This document shows positions 52,421 through 64,000 of a stretch of DNA of 64,000 nt, one piece after another. Each line of letters begins with the position of its first letter. Position 1 is the first letter of the stretch. The position numbers and the translations under genes are program-made. Location: the NCBI RefSeq assembly GCF_964204645.1, contig NC_134027.1, forward strand, positions 11,316,485-11,380,484, read 5' to 3'. The stretch is from Tubulanus polymorphus (taxonomy: Eukaryota; Animalia; Nemertea). The notes beneath the pieces were generated by a model. The model made no database searches and was not told the DNA's origin. It saw only the letters and a program-made list of their open reading frames with translations.

Positions 52421-52783
52421 CGACGCCGTTAAAACCGTTACAATAATGTTTATATACATTGATACCTAGTATGTGTTATATATAAAGGGGTTCTGTGTCG
52501 ATGTGCATTACGTCATCAATATTCGTGTTTCAAAATAACAATTACGATTATGAATTTTGGCATTGATTATGTAACTTACTATATTTCATTACTCTCATTT
52601 CATTTTTGCTTAATTTTGATAATCATTTTTTGCGAGGATGTGCACTATCGTCATTGATATATCAGGATTAGACTGGTTGCCGGTCAATTCAACTATACAA
52701 TCAATATCATCCTTTTTATCGTCGACAATATTAAGCAATATGTGTCGTGTATCAAGGCGTCAACGAAGTTAGTTTTCTTGTTT
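52421..52783 (-). mobile_element. Family E dispersed repeat
   Basis: Same termini as 24288-24571. Confidence 0.8.
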
Positions 52784-53992
52784 ACCCTATTGATGGCCTA
52801 TGAGCCGATGCACTCTGCCACCACCGAATTGACGAGACCTGCTCGTTATTCATTTGACATGTTATTCTGGCCAATCTGTGTTTATCAAGCAAAGAATCTA
52901 TCATAAAAAACAAATGAAGTTCAAACCCCGATGCCCTCGCACAATTTACTGAAGACAAGAAGACATGTCGAGATTATTTTCTGCGAGATCCATATTCAGA
53001 TTCCGACTTAGACTCTCTAGAGTCTTGAGTTTCACTCCAATAAACCATCTGTGATTTGCTACTAACGCCATCTGCAGGATGCTGGATCTGTTCAGGGGTA
53101 GTTTTAAAGGTAAGGGTTATTTTCAGGGTAAGGCGACCCGACCGAAGGTGGTTAGGATCAGGTTTAATCAGGCTAGATAACACTTTAATAAGTAGAAATG
53201 ACGTGCACATTACAGTCAATGCATGTATCAGCATCTGCTCTCGATGGCTCAGTCAGTAGTGCATTGTGCTAGCATTTGTTGAATGTCGGGCTTTAATTTT
53301 GTATGCTAATTTACTCAAAATTTCACTTACATTCAACCCCCCCCCCCCCGATATACCCGCTCCCATATACCCGCACCCCCGCCTACTGCCAGGTTTTCTC
53401 AATTTTACATCTCTATACAAAAACACAGTAAAACGCTATATACTGCCATAATCTCTATACCGCCAAAATCATTCTGCACCGATTTGGGTGGTATATCGGG
53501 GTTGACTGCATATTTACTTTTTCAATGTATTCGATTTTCAAGTTCAGCACCTTCAAGCATTTGATAAGTCATTTGATACATTATTGCACTTTACGAACGA
53601 ATATCTCATGCGCAAGAGTCTATCACGCGAATATACGTGCGAGCCCCGATGCCCTTGCGCAATTCACAAAGGATGGAAGGGGGTCAAGACAATTTTCCTG
53701 TAAGCGTCGCCACGGCTACAAACAACGCCGTTAATGGAAGCGTCGCCAATTACGCTCGACCAGATGAACAAACGTCCGTCCTTTCGAACAACTCCGCGCT
53801 CTTCCTTGATGTCGTCATTACCGCACGGGAACGAAGATTATAGGCTATTTCTTTAAAGCTAGCCGCGCGACGACGACGACGACGAGTAGATCTATTTAGA
53901 AATGCCCGGAATTAATCAACATGAAAAAAAGTTTTCTCCGTCTAGGTACTGTACTCTTTTTCTTATCTTCTCCATCGCGGTAATGCCACTGA

Positions 53993-54215
53993 AGCCGAGA
54001 TTACACGGCTAAGATGTGGCCTGGGCCCGATTGGCGCGGATCAGGCCCCCCGAGTCAAATTTGACGCGTGTTTAATTAGGTAGCGCCTTCATGCATAAAC
54101 AACTCACTTGACGCTAAATAATGCTCAAAGAAAGTGGAGTGAGTTACTTCCCAAACCAGTTGCAATTCGCACTCAATAATTCGCCAAATTCTCGAATGCT
54201 CGTGTGATCGCAGCT
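53993..54215. mobile_element. Family A MITE, internally deleted
   Basis: AGCCGAGATTACACG / CGTGTGATCGCAGCT. Confidence 0.85.
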
Positions 54216-54787
54216 TAAAGGACGCTAGACGATGAACTTTTGAATCGAACTATGGATATCGGGAAACGCCGCAAAACTGACTCCCCACGAGTTCAACGAA
54301 CGCGAATTATTAGGATAGGCACTTATTGGTTAAAGAATGAACTACTGAAAACCACTTTAATTAACGAAGACATCGATTTCGTATCTAAAAGCGTTTTTCA
54401 AATGCCTGCACTTTTTGCGATACCAATCATTTCATGCATTTCATAAACGACAAGTTAACGGATACAGGATGAATTCTGCGATAAAAATAAAAATATGAAA
54501 TAGGTTCCATAACAACGAGTGTCTGACGAGATTATCGAATATTTTTCCGAAGATTTTTTTTTTAAATGGATTTCACAAGGGGTGCGCAGTCACAGACGTT
54601 GTATCATAGCATAAGGTACCAGGTATATGCTTGAAAGGTGCTCGAAGTTCAGGGGCGGATCCAATATCAACTCCGTAGAAGGTAGCACAACCTTACACTA
54701 AGCACATATCAGGTCAGGTCATGTGTCCTGAACACTCGTCCCATGGAACAGTACTCCCTATAAATTACTAAAAATGATACATTCTAT

Positions 54788-54951
54788 AGCCGCAATCACA
54801 CGGAGACAATTTGGCCCGGGCCAAATTGGCACGGATCAGGCCCAAGGCAAATTTTACCTGGGCCAAACAGACTCGGGCCCATTGGCCGCCCGTGTGAACA
54901 GGTTCTGGGCCAAATTTGGCACACGCCAAAAATACTCTCGTGATTGCTGGT
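54788..54951. mobile_element. Family A MITE, internally deleted
   Basis: AGCCGCAATCACACG / CGTGATTGCTGGT. Confidence 0.85.
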
Positions 54952-55685
54952 TATATATTTAAGAAAGTGCGACTTCATTTTCTTACAGTTCGTACGAATA
55001 GGCAACCTGCGTTCATTAGCATGAAACCAACCGGAGCATCGTTGAATAATAGCATTCATTAACAACTATCAAACAGTGATTACGCGTGTAAAACTCAATT
55101 TCTGCTGAGTCGTCGATGTAACAGAGCCGTGAATTTACAAATACAGCTAATGATGCGCCGTGCGCGCGCGTAGGTAAGAAGGGTGTGAAAACCGAGAGTT
55201 CGCCGGCAACTGATTAGTATCTCGAATCGGATAATACCAACGACCGGATGGTGATAAACTAGCAATCATGTCGCAGATTATCGCTTTGACATTTGACCGG
55301 GTATAAACACCACAAACGACAACAACCTGCGTGGTCTAAATATAGAATTTATTCAGTCTCGATGATATCTTTCAGTATTAGCGCAATAACTAGCCAAACT
55401 CTAGCACACCGAATGAATAGAAATCGGATGAAATCAACATAAGGGAAACTAATCCCTACTTCAATTCAGAAAGAAATACTTAGATTAATCATGGATTCGT
55501 TTTAGAGTCCAAGCATTGAGAGAGTATTTTGTCTTACAATCACTAAGTACTATTATGATTTCGATATTACTATTATCAAAACGATTATTTGTTCATAGTT
55601 CATCTAAACAAATAGGTGGCACTTTCATCAGCAGTCGAGGCTAATTTCCTAGATAACTGTTATTAGTAACATCAACCAAGTTATA

Positions 55686-55835
55686 ACGCAAATTGATGAT
55701 GATCTAGGGCGAGATTGAAACGTTGTGTCTTTCAATGCATATTTTTTGATTCAAGAAATTATCGGTTTTTAATTCTTTTAATCTGTAAATAGCGGGTTTT
55801 TATTATATCGTCTTCTCTCCACGTTTGCTTGTGGC
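55686..55835 (+). mobile_element. Degenerate Penelope-like terminal fragment with decayed hammerhead motif
   Basis: TTGATGA-T-GATCT(agggcg)AGATT-GAAA-CGTT at 55693-55724, followed by a T-rich tail. Confidence 0.45.
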
Positions 55836-55860
55836 TATTCTACCATATTATGCAGATAAT

Positions 55861-56112
55861 AGCCGCTATCACACAGATTTGGCACGGATCTGGCCCGAGT
55901 CAAATTTGGCCCGTTCCTAATTAGGGAGCGCGCTCATGCCTAAACCTCTCACGCGATCCTAAACAATGCTCAAACAAAGCGAAGTGGGTCATTTCCGGAA
56001 CCAGTTGCAATTCAAACGCAATCATTTCTTGTGCTGAAATTTGGCTCGGGCCTGGTTTGACGTTTTTGGCCGGGCCAAACAGGCTCGAGCCCATTTGGCC
56101 CCCCATGTGAAC
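55861..56112. mobile_element. Family A MITE, partial
   Basis: AGCCGCTATCACAC start and family motifs. Confidence 0.88.
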
Positions 56113-57060
56113 AATATTTCAACTCTATTATATTGTATAGATATTCAACTCTGCACATATATACACTATACATATACAGGTATTTTCAGCTATTTCCCTT
56201 TTAACCAACTATCAATACAGCTGATGATTAAGTAAATAAGAAAAAAATAAAAATGAAAAAAAAAGTAGTAGAGAATCTGACGTTTCGAATCAATTCTATG
56301 AGCCATTTTCAAAATGTTCAAAAATGTCCGATTCACTTCTTTGGAAACCAATACGTGATGAGCTGAAATCTTAAATCTAAACCGTATGATAATTTAGCAA
56401 TTAATCATGTATAAAACCAGTGAAGTGGATGAATATCAGATGTTACTGCTCCGATTTCCAAATGATGAAAATCCAGTTGAAAGAGGAGACACGCGGCGCA
56501 ATTGAGAGACAGAGAGAGAAAACAATCGAATAAAACGCTATAAATCATCGTATTGAATTATTCACCATAAACGCGCTTGAAAAGATTTCATTTCATGAAT
56601 TATGTATGCGCGCGCTGAGAAACAATCGAAATCCCTTTCTTTCTCGAGCGTTATCAGAAAGCGCTGAAACGGCCGCGGTTGTCACTAAATGAATCGCGAA
56701 CGGAATCGTTATGATTTATCGCGTGTTCGAACATATTTTCATTTTCGAATCAGCTATCGCGAAGAACACGGGTGCGTATTGTTCCTCGGTATCGTGGGTA
56801 TAGTACAGTCGACGCGTAGAAGATTCACGGCGAATTCCATCAATTTTTCAACTCATTTCACGATGAGCATACAAAACAATTCATGCGAACAGATCCCAGT
56901 ATTGTTTTCTGTTATTTCTTCCAGTGTTATTCTGTTACATTGATAAAATCAAAATCATGTTCCATTACGAGGGAATTTATCAAAATCATGTTCCATTACG
57001 AGGGAAATCCCACAATAACAAAGCCAAAATTGAAAAATTCTATACAGGAATGATTGTATT

Positions 57061-57104
57061 TGAGCGACGTTTCGGCTAACAACTGTTAGCCATCATCAGG
57101 CTTA
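57061..57104 (-). ncRNA. Minimal type-I hammerhead ribozyme motif (GUC site)
   Basis: Minus strand: AGC-CUGAUGA-U-GGCUAAC(aguu)GUUAGCC-GAAA-CG-UC-GCU. Confidence 0.7.
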
Positions 57105-57108
57105 GAAC

Positions 57109-57146
57109 GCCTGATAATGGCTAACAGTTGTTAGCCGAAACGCCGC
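57109..57146 (+). ncRNA. Mutated mirror hammerhead motif
   Basis: GC-CUGAUAA-U-GGCUAAC(aguu)GUUAGCC-GAAA-CG-CC-GC; two core substitutions. Confidence 0.5.
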
Positions 57147-57388
57147 TCCTCAAATACAATCATTCTGATATAGAATTTTTCAATTTTGGCTTTGTTATTG
57201 TGGGATTTCTCTCATCATCATCATACCCGGATATTGTGTATCTTCTCGTCTAATCATGTTCCATTGACTATTTATTGATGAATTAAGCAACTTAATACTT
57301 AAACATCTATGCGCCTGTATATCACTACAAGACATATTTTGCAATTTGCCACTTTATTCACACCCATGGCATGTGGACATGTTCTTAT

Positions 57389-57494
57389 GGACCAGGTTCT
57401 ACAGTTGTGAGTTAGAGTTAACTCTTGAGTTAAAGTTAGTTCATTTTCAATGAGTTAACTCGAGAGTTAAAACTCGGCACTGTGGAACTGGACC
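57389..57494. mobile_element. Family D fold-back MITE
   Basis: GGACCAGGTTCTACAGT / ACTGTGGAACTGGACC; GAGTTAACTC x2. Confidence 0.75.
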
Positions 57495-57500
57495 ATGGTA

Positions 57501-57531
<31 letters not shown>

Positions 57532-57569
57532 GCCACCACCGCCACCATCATCATCATCATCATCATCAT
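57501..57569 (+). repeat. Compound microsatellite (CACCGC)n-(CAT)n
   Basis: Directly visible. Confidence 0.95.
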
Positions 57570-57578
57570 TTTCGTCAA

Positions 57579-57999
57579 TTAACAAGGAAACTAACTCGAA
57601 AGTTTATTGAAGCCTTGAAAAATAATAGTTATATTGCTAATTGCACTAATATAGCTGACAATAAATTATGTAATATAGATTATACTATATTGAGGGTCAA
57701 TTAAGTTATTATTGGATTTGAATTTTTCGATTGAATTGAATTGAATTGACAGGCGACCAGACTAGCCCCGATATATACTGACGACGTAGTGCATCCTCTC
57801 AAAAATAATTATCAAAAATGAAAGAAGAGTTATGAAGTATATTTAGCTAAAAAATAAATGCCAAAATTCACGATTTTAATTGTTATTTTGAAATGCCAAT
57901 ATTGATGTCGCAGTGCACATCGACTCACACAGAACCCCTTATACAACGCGTACTGGGTACCAATGTGTATGAACATTATTGTTACGGTTTTAACAACGT
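57579..57999 (+). mobile_element. Family E dispersed repeat
   Basis: TTAACAAGGAAACTAACT ... ATTATTGTTACGGTTTTAAC. Confidence 0.8.
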
Positions 58000-58487
58000 A
58001 AAAAAAAAATCATTAAAATCTTACGACGAATCCAACCATTCTCTCATGTGGCTGTTCAACGCGATTTTCATTTCACGTTCAGTGGGGGTTTTTTTTTCAT
58101 AGTCAGCAGATGCACTAGATATTTACTAACTCGACTTTAGATAAAATCGAATCGATCCACCGAAATAAATAGTACTTCATCGCTTTCATCAGTATGAACA
58201 ACACGTGTTCACCATCCAATAAACAGACAATCGCCTGATGTCGTTCACCTGAAATCATGCCATGGTTGAATGACATTTTTTGATTTCAATGAAAAAATAT
58301 ATGTCCCGAATCGGTACACAGTGACTGTCAAACGCGGCGCGATAAGTCTAAAAATGAAACTGAAAGATTCGAATTTCGATAAGACGCCGCAAGTACCACT
58401 TTACGGCACTTAGCGCGTGATATAGGGTAATTGTATTTGATGCGCGCGTATCGTTGTCACCTCGGTCGACGTTAAGGCAATTACGAA

Positions 58488-58795
58488 GCGACCCGAATGC
58501 ATACCATTTCCTCGACACGCGGCGAACATATTTCATCCCTATGCGATGTAAACAACAATTCACATCGCGGGCAGGAAGGAAATGCGTATATAAAAGACGA
58601 GGGGGGGCCGATAACCTAGCCTGGACTACGAGGACGACGAGGCGACCGAATGCATACCGTTTCCTCGACGCGCGCGGCGAACATATTTCACCCGTATGCG
58701 ATGTAAACAACAATTTCGGAAGGGAACGTGCATATAAAAGATGAGGGGGGTAACCTTGCTCGCGCACGCGCGAGTTACGTCTGGACTACTACTAC
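58488..58795 (+). repeat. Diverged ~154-bp tandem duplication containing TATA-like and forkhead-like motifs
   Basis: CCGAATGCATACC...ATGCGATGTAAACAACAATT...ATATAAAAGA(C/T)GAGGGGGG x2. Confidence 0.85.
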
Positions 58796-60789
58796 GATGA
58801 TTTGTAACGCGGATCTAATCGTGACATTATCGGCGACAAAGCCGGCTAGTTTATTGACTCGGCTCAGGCGATATCGGAAAGCGCCGGGGAATGTTCCGGA
58901 ATGTTGATTTGGCGACGCCGCCGTATTCCCGACTGGATAGTACATGAAACGTAATGGTTAACAGCCTACGTCGACCCCGCGCGGTTGAGCATAGAGGCAT
59001 TTAGCTCCCGAAGCGATCCCCGAAGTCATTTGTAGCACTCAGACAGTAGTAGAAGAGAGCGGGAAAGATAAGATGGTGTACGGCGATAATAAAAAAAGTT
59101 CAGACCGTCGAGATTCTTCTCGCTATCACCAGTAATCTCAGCGGCGGAAACCGCAGCAGAAGTTGAAAAACACTGCGAAACATATGTTTACATCGAAAAC
59201 CGAACTCTTCGCGTGCAGTGGAATTAATGCTACGCAGCTAGTTTACAAAAAAATGAACATTGCTCCGGCGCATACAGACATTGAGCTTTTCGGCTTGAGG
59301 ACAGTAACTTTTTTTTCATCTACGTGAGTCACATTCACACTATCTTTTGAGTAGGTCCGTTCTAATTTGGCTCATACCTGGAATGGACCAATTTTGAATG
59401 ACAAAAGCCCCGTTCACATTATCACCAATAAGTCCGTTCTAATTTGGAACGGACTAATTGTGAACAGACCATATCTCATGTTGTGCGTTCCCACACATTT
59501 ATCAATTAGTTGTTATGGCTGGTCCAGCTATTTCAATTCGATTCAATATCAACATTTTATTGAGCGTTTATACATACGAAATATAATCAGCTGTTATACA
59601 ATTATGCAGACACATACTTGAATATCATCGAATTTTTCAGTCCGTCAATTAACTGTTAGTGTTGTTTGCCTATGCAATTCGATAATTTCCCTCGGCTTTT
59701 GCCTCCGTAATCATTTAGCTGAACATATATACACGCTGGTTAAGATACGTATAAACAGCTAGGCTCAAGGCTGTGATTGACAGGCAATTAAAGTAGAGTT
59801 TCTATTCTATGGTCAGTCATCCATAGACTCGTGAAGTTCATGATGATGGATCATGCACTCTAGATCCGTATGGACTGAATTCAAAACATCCTAAATAAGC
59901 GTCCTAAAATAACGTAGTGCGCACGTGGCTTCGGATCGCTGGAATAACAAACTGACGGGCACAAACAGTGATATTTTGCCATGAAAAAGAAGAATTTCCC
60001 CCTCGCCCGGGGGGGGGGGGGGGGGGGGAGGGGGTGGATGGCGTGTAGCTTCGTAAACATTTGATTTCAATTTCCAGGAGCATAACGTGAATTTCAATTG
60101 GCAAGAATATTCCATACAATTGCCGAGATGATTAATTATTGTAGACGTTGGCCCAGCATGCGAATTGCGAGTGCAAAAATATATCACTTAAAGCCATTTT
60201 ATGATTAATTCCCACTCTCGACTCTCGCGTGGTACTACTCGCCCATGGTTGCGACAGGCACGCTATACAGACCTGTAGTCTGCATCAAATTTGTCGTTGA
60301 GTTCTTCACGCTTGGCTCTGTCTCCCCGGGGACAGTCGGAAGTTCATCCGAATCATACCTACGCCTCCATTTAAAGAGATTTAAAATGTCTGTTCTGATG
60401 GATGGTAGGCTCTTTCGTGCTGCTCTCCCGAGCTTCTTTGTCTAGATTTCAAAGTAATGCCTCTAAGTACTGTTTATGATTGAGATGAGAGATAGGGAAA
60501 GATGCTTAAACCACGAGGGACGTCACGAAAGATCGGAATTAAAGGAAACCAGTTCAAGTGGTGGGCAGGTTGAACATTCTACTCCGTCTACATCTCAACA
60601 TAGTGCCATTTTTATCTTAAAAGCTATTTCTTTTATCGATAGAAAAAGGTCAAAGTTTTCGATTTATGAGAAAAAAAAAACGTCTTCAGCCATAATTCAC
60701 ATCATCAACAACGAAAAACGATATCGACAAAACGCAATATAGCTACGAGAAATAGAAATAATTCCTCTGCGGTAGAGGAACATTTTAGT

Positions 60790-61048
60790 AAAACCTATCA
60801 AATGATAGGGTGATATGGTCCCGAGAGGGGAGAGTTGTAGAGAGGAGAGAGGAGAGGGGGAGAGAAAGGGGTAAGAGGAGAGAGATATGTGCAATGATAT
60901 GAGATATGTGCAGTTTTCCTATAAAATGCATCAAATAATAAACCTATCAAATGATATGGTTATATTTGGCAAGAGGAGAAAGAAGAGAGAGAAACAGGAG
61001 ATAGGAGAGAGACATGTGTAATGACACCGGTTTTCCTATAAAATGCTT
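60790..61048 (+). repeat. Degenerate tandem duplication with GA-rich tracts
   Basis: AAACCTATCAAATGATA at 60791 and 60941; TTTTCCTATAAAATGC twice. Confidence 0.75.
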
Positions 61049-62402
61049 TAGATGAAAAAATAATGATTATCCTACGCCGCGCCGTACATCAAGAGGAGTA
61101 TGAGCAATTTGAAAGTCTTCTCGCGTTCCGATCGACCGGCGGACGCGACGCGAAGGAAAAAACCCCCGCGGGTATCTCGTGTGAAATTGATTCATTATCC
61201 GCGCGATTTCAATTTCTAGTTGGAAAACTATCTGGAAAAAAGGTTAAAGTCTAAATTGGAAATCGATGCTGCCGGCGCCAGGTGAAAGGAAATACGTTTC
61301 GCTTGTCGTCGAGCAATTTCTCCGTACAAGAACGACAACACGACGGTATAATATTTCCTGTAGGACATTTCATAGCGGATTCGAATTTCGAAAAACGCTT
61401 CCACTAACGCGTCGTTTTCGCTGCGGTAGGCAATATCGAGACCATGGGGCAGATCCAGCCTACCGCTTCAGCCCCTGCGGGTGCGGTACTCGTACTATTT
61501 TGCAAGTTCTGGTGGAAGTAATTTAAGATGGTCAATTTGAATAATCGAAAATGGGTAAACTCCTTATTTCTTTGTGAAAGATTTTTCTTTGACGGGTTGA
61601 AATTTGATATTTTCTGGATGCAGAGAATGATTTGATGCCCCAAATTGATGGATCGCATCTCAGAGCACTAAAAATTCAGGTATAGGTGCCCTTCCACAGG
61701 TGAGCAGCACTCAGAAACCCAGGCTAGATCCGCCCGTGGAACCGAACTATACAGGAGGAACGCCGAAGAAAGTTTTCCACCTGTCGCGGCCATGTTCAGC
61801 TCACCCGAGTCGTCTTTTTATCAAATCTGACAGCGCAGTTCTATATCCTATTATCCAGACACCGGCGGCAGAAAAAAAACCGAAAGCGACTTAAAACACA
61901 TCTGAAGAAGAGACGGGTAAACCGTCTTCGTCTGGCTTCTTTGTGCGCGCAGTCATTGGAAATTACGTCTCGAACGAGCGAGGAACACGTTCAAAAACGT
62001 TCGAGGCGTCATGACGCTTCGTAGGAAATAATTGTAGACAACGTCAGGTTTAATGACGTGTTTAACCATCGAAATGATTTCCGATCGGCCGCGCGAGGAA
62101 AACGCACGATTTTACGAAATATCTGAAAATAATGCCGCAAATGATATTTCCGATAGAACGCCGAGTATTCTATAGTTCTGCCCGTGTACGCGTATCGATT
62201 TTTGGATGAAAAATCAATGGCGATTTTAAGGATTTACGAAATATCAATAAATTCTTTTGCGCCTCCCTTGTATAAACGGTGATAGTGAAGCCATATAGTC
62301 ACGTGTCAGAATTCCAACACAAGCCACAATCAAAGCCTATCTCCCAGTTGTACAATTCCCGCTTGCGCAAAGATTAGTCCCAGTTTTATATTTCCCATTT
62401 GT

Positions 62403-62661
62403 CGCATGAGCGTTTTTGAACAACTTTTAACACGGGGTGCCATTATTTCCAATGCGGCAGCTGAACATCGGACCAGACCCGAGCCAAATTTCAGCGCCAG
62501 TCGAATCATTGCGTGTGAATTGCAAGTGGTTCATTTTGCTTTGTTTAAACATTGTTTAGTATCGAGTGAGTGGTTTACGGACCAAATTTTTAGGCACGGA
62601 CCAAATTTTACTGAGGCCGATTTGATCCACGCCAAATTCTCTCCGTGTGTGATCTCGGCTC
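62403..62661. mobile_element. Family A MITE, diverged
   Basis: Ends CCGTGTGTGATCTCGGCT; family motifs. Confidence 0.8.
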
Positions 62662-64000
62662 CAACAGATACGAACCGAACTGAAAATAACGATTTTTTTT
62701 CTCCGGCACAAAACGATGCCTAATGAAGTGACTGCGCGCCGACATAATAGAAATAATTAGCTGACGAGTAATTGAACAATTTCACACACACACAGGATTT
62801 TCCTCCGGGGGATGTTTTCGAGAAAATCATACATATCTCGAGTTGCGCGCGCGCCGCTGTAATCTCACTCATTATCGGCGGCATTGAAGGTTTCGAACGA
62901 GATGTCACGTAAGCGAAACGATCCATCATGCGCTAATGTGATTGAGACAAGCGCGCGCGAAAGACTGGCTTTCACTCTGACCTGTGGTCGAAGGCGGCCA
63001 TTACTCGTGGAATCTTTCTCGGAATAGAGTGCACAGATTTCTGCGCGTTGCGTTCGCGAAAAGCGAGGGTGAGCGCGGAACGTCCTAGTCAATGAAAAGA
63101 GATCGGTGGTATTTGCATACCATTAGTTACTAATCCGTGCTAATCGCATAAATGGTTCGAAGCATAAGCATATCTTAGATAATTATATAAATTGGTTGGA
63201 GGTTTTTTGGAGGACACATCACAGCTATTGGGTGCTGCGTTTCATGTCGATGTGACATTCTTTGGTCCTAAATCACTGTGGAAAGGTTTTAGCATTGTTT
63301 AAAATGTGAATAATTACAAGGAGGCATTAGACTTAGTAAATGACGGACACAAAACATCATCAGCCATTTTGGAACGTGTGTCCCTCTGTGAGGAGATAAG
63401 TGAACTATAGCCTGACATTGGCAATTCTGTGAGAAAGTTCATGACCTATTTTTCTTATTACTGTAACGCTGGTATGTTTATGTCTCCACATCAACCTATC
63501 CGTCGAAGATGGGTATCCGTGTATAAAGCTAAGGGTGCACACAACATATTTGCCCGGCCTTGCCAACCCCACCTACCTGATCGCAACGATCGAATTCGCC
63601 AATCGAAAATACATTCGTGTGCCCCTACCGTCAGACTCTTAATTCCAGTTTCGTTTTCCATCGCCTGGCAATCTTTTACGACTTGAAATTGAAACGAGTA
63701 TACCGCGCAAGTAAATAACCCGCTAATAACATACGCTTGCCATTCATCACGTTCTCCAGCGACGTTTTCCTCTTTTTCTATAGTCGAGGCGACGAGAGGG
63801 AAACAGATTTGTTCTTGTCTCGGCATGCACGCGCGCGATGAAGAATCTCTCTCGGTGTCACCAAGATTAACGCAGACTTGAGAAAACAAGTTCTTATAAC
63901 TCATTCCTCGCGACACACAGTTCCAGCGGCTTGTTCTCGGCTGGACTCATCAATCAGGCGCAGTTTTAAATCGAACCCGGGTACAGAAAGAAAGATCGAC

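Larger units (their letters stand above)
56998..57251. mobile_element. 254-bp fold-back Penelope-like non-autonomous insertion
   Basis: 14-bp TSD AATCATGTTCCATT (56984-56997, 57252-57265); ~100-bp inverted arms; shares AATCCCACAAT head and CGGATATTGTGT tail with 33123-33280. Confidence 0.8.

Noticed and set aside
57495-57704. His/Arg-rich ORF (HRHRHR...HHHH)
   Set aside because: Compound microsatellite between a MITE and a family E repeat; no splice or coding context
60001-60040. Poly-G tract giving a poly-Pro ORF / G-quadruplex
   Set aside because: Simple homopolymer; common and length-unreliable in assemblies
60240-60450. Minus-strand segment that looks protein-like (RAKREELNDKFDADY)
   Set aside because: Stops nearby in that frame, weak splice signals and no recognisable family; needs BLASTX
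61900-61935. CTGAAGA followed by a hairpin, hammerhead-like
   Set aside because: No GAAA after the stem, so the core is incomplete

Overview
This is repeat-rich eukaryotic DNA, most likely from an invertebrate animal (inference from repeat types and the lack of CpG depletion). It looks intergenic or like a very large intron. No ORF in the six-frame track looks like a real protein-coding gene; most lie in MITEs, microsatellites or duplicated DNA. The window is a mosaic of non-autonomous elements. These include more than 20 copies of a Harbinger/Tourist-like MITE (TIR AGCCGCGATCACAC), five TTAA-flanked piggyBac-like MITEs, several other fold-back families, Helentron/HINE-like repeats, a CORE-SINE-like relic, and RTE and other LINE 3' fragments. 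There is also a near-identical 2,193-bp tandem duplication and a textbook CCAAT/TATA/Inr Pol II promoter at about 35.3 kb. The most interesting signal is a set of small fold-back insertions (33.1 kb and 57.0 kb, both with TSDs, plus a degenerate copy at 55.7 kb) that carry minimal type-I hammerhead ribozyme motifs with co-varying stems. These are consistent with non-autonomous Penelope-derived, retrozyme-like elements. Boundaries of degraded repeats are approximate and were read by eye.
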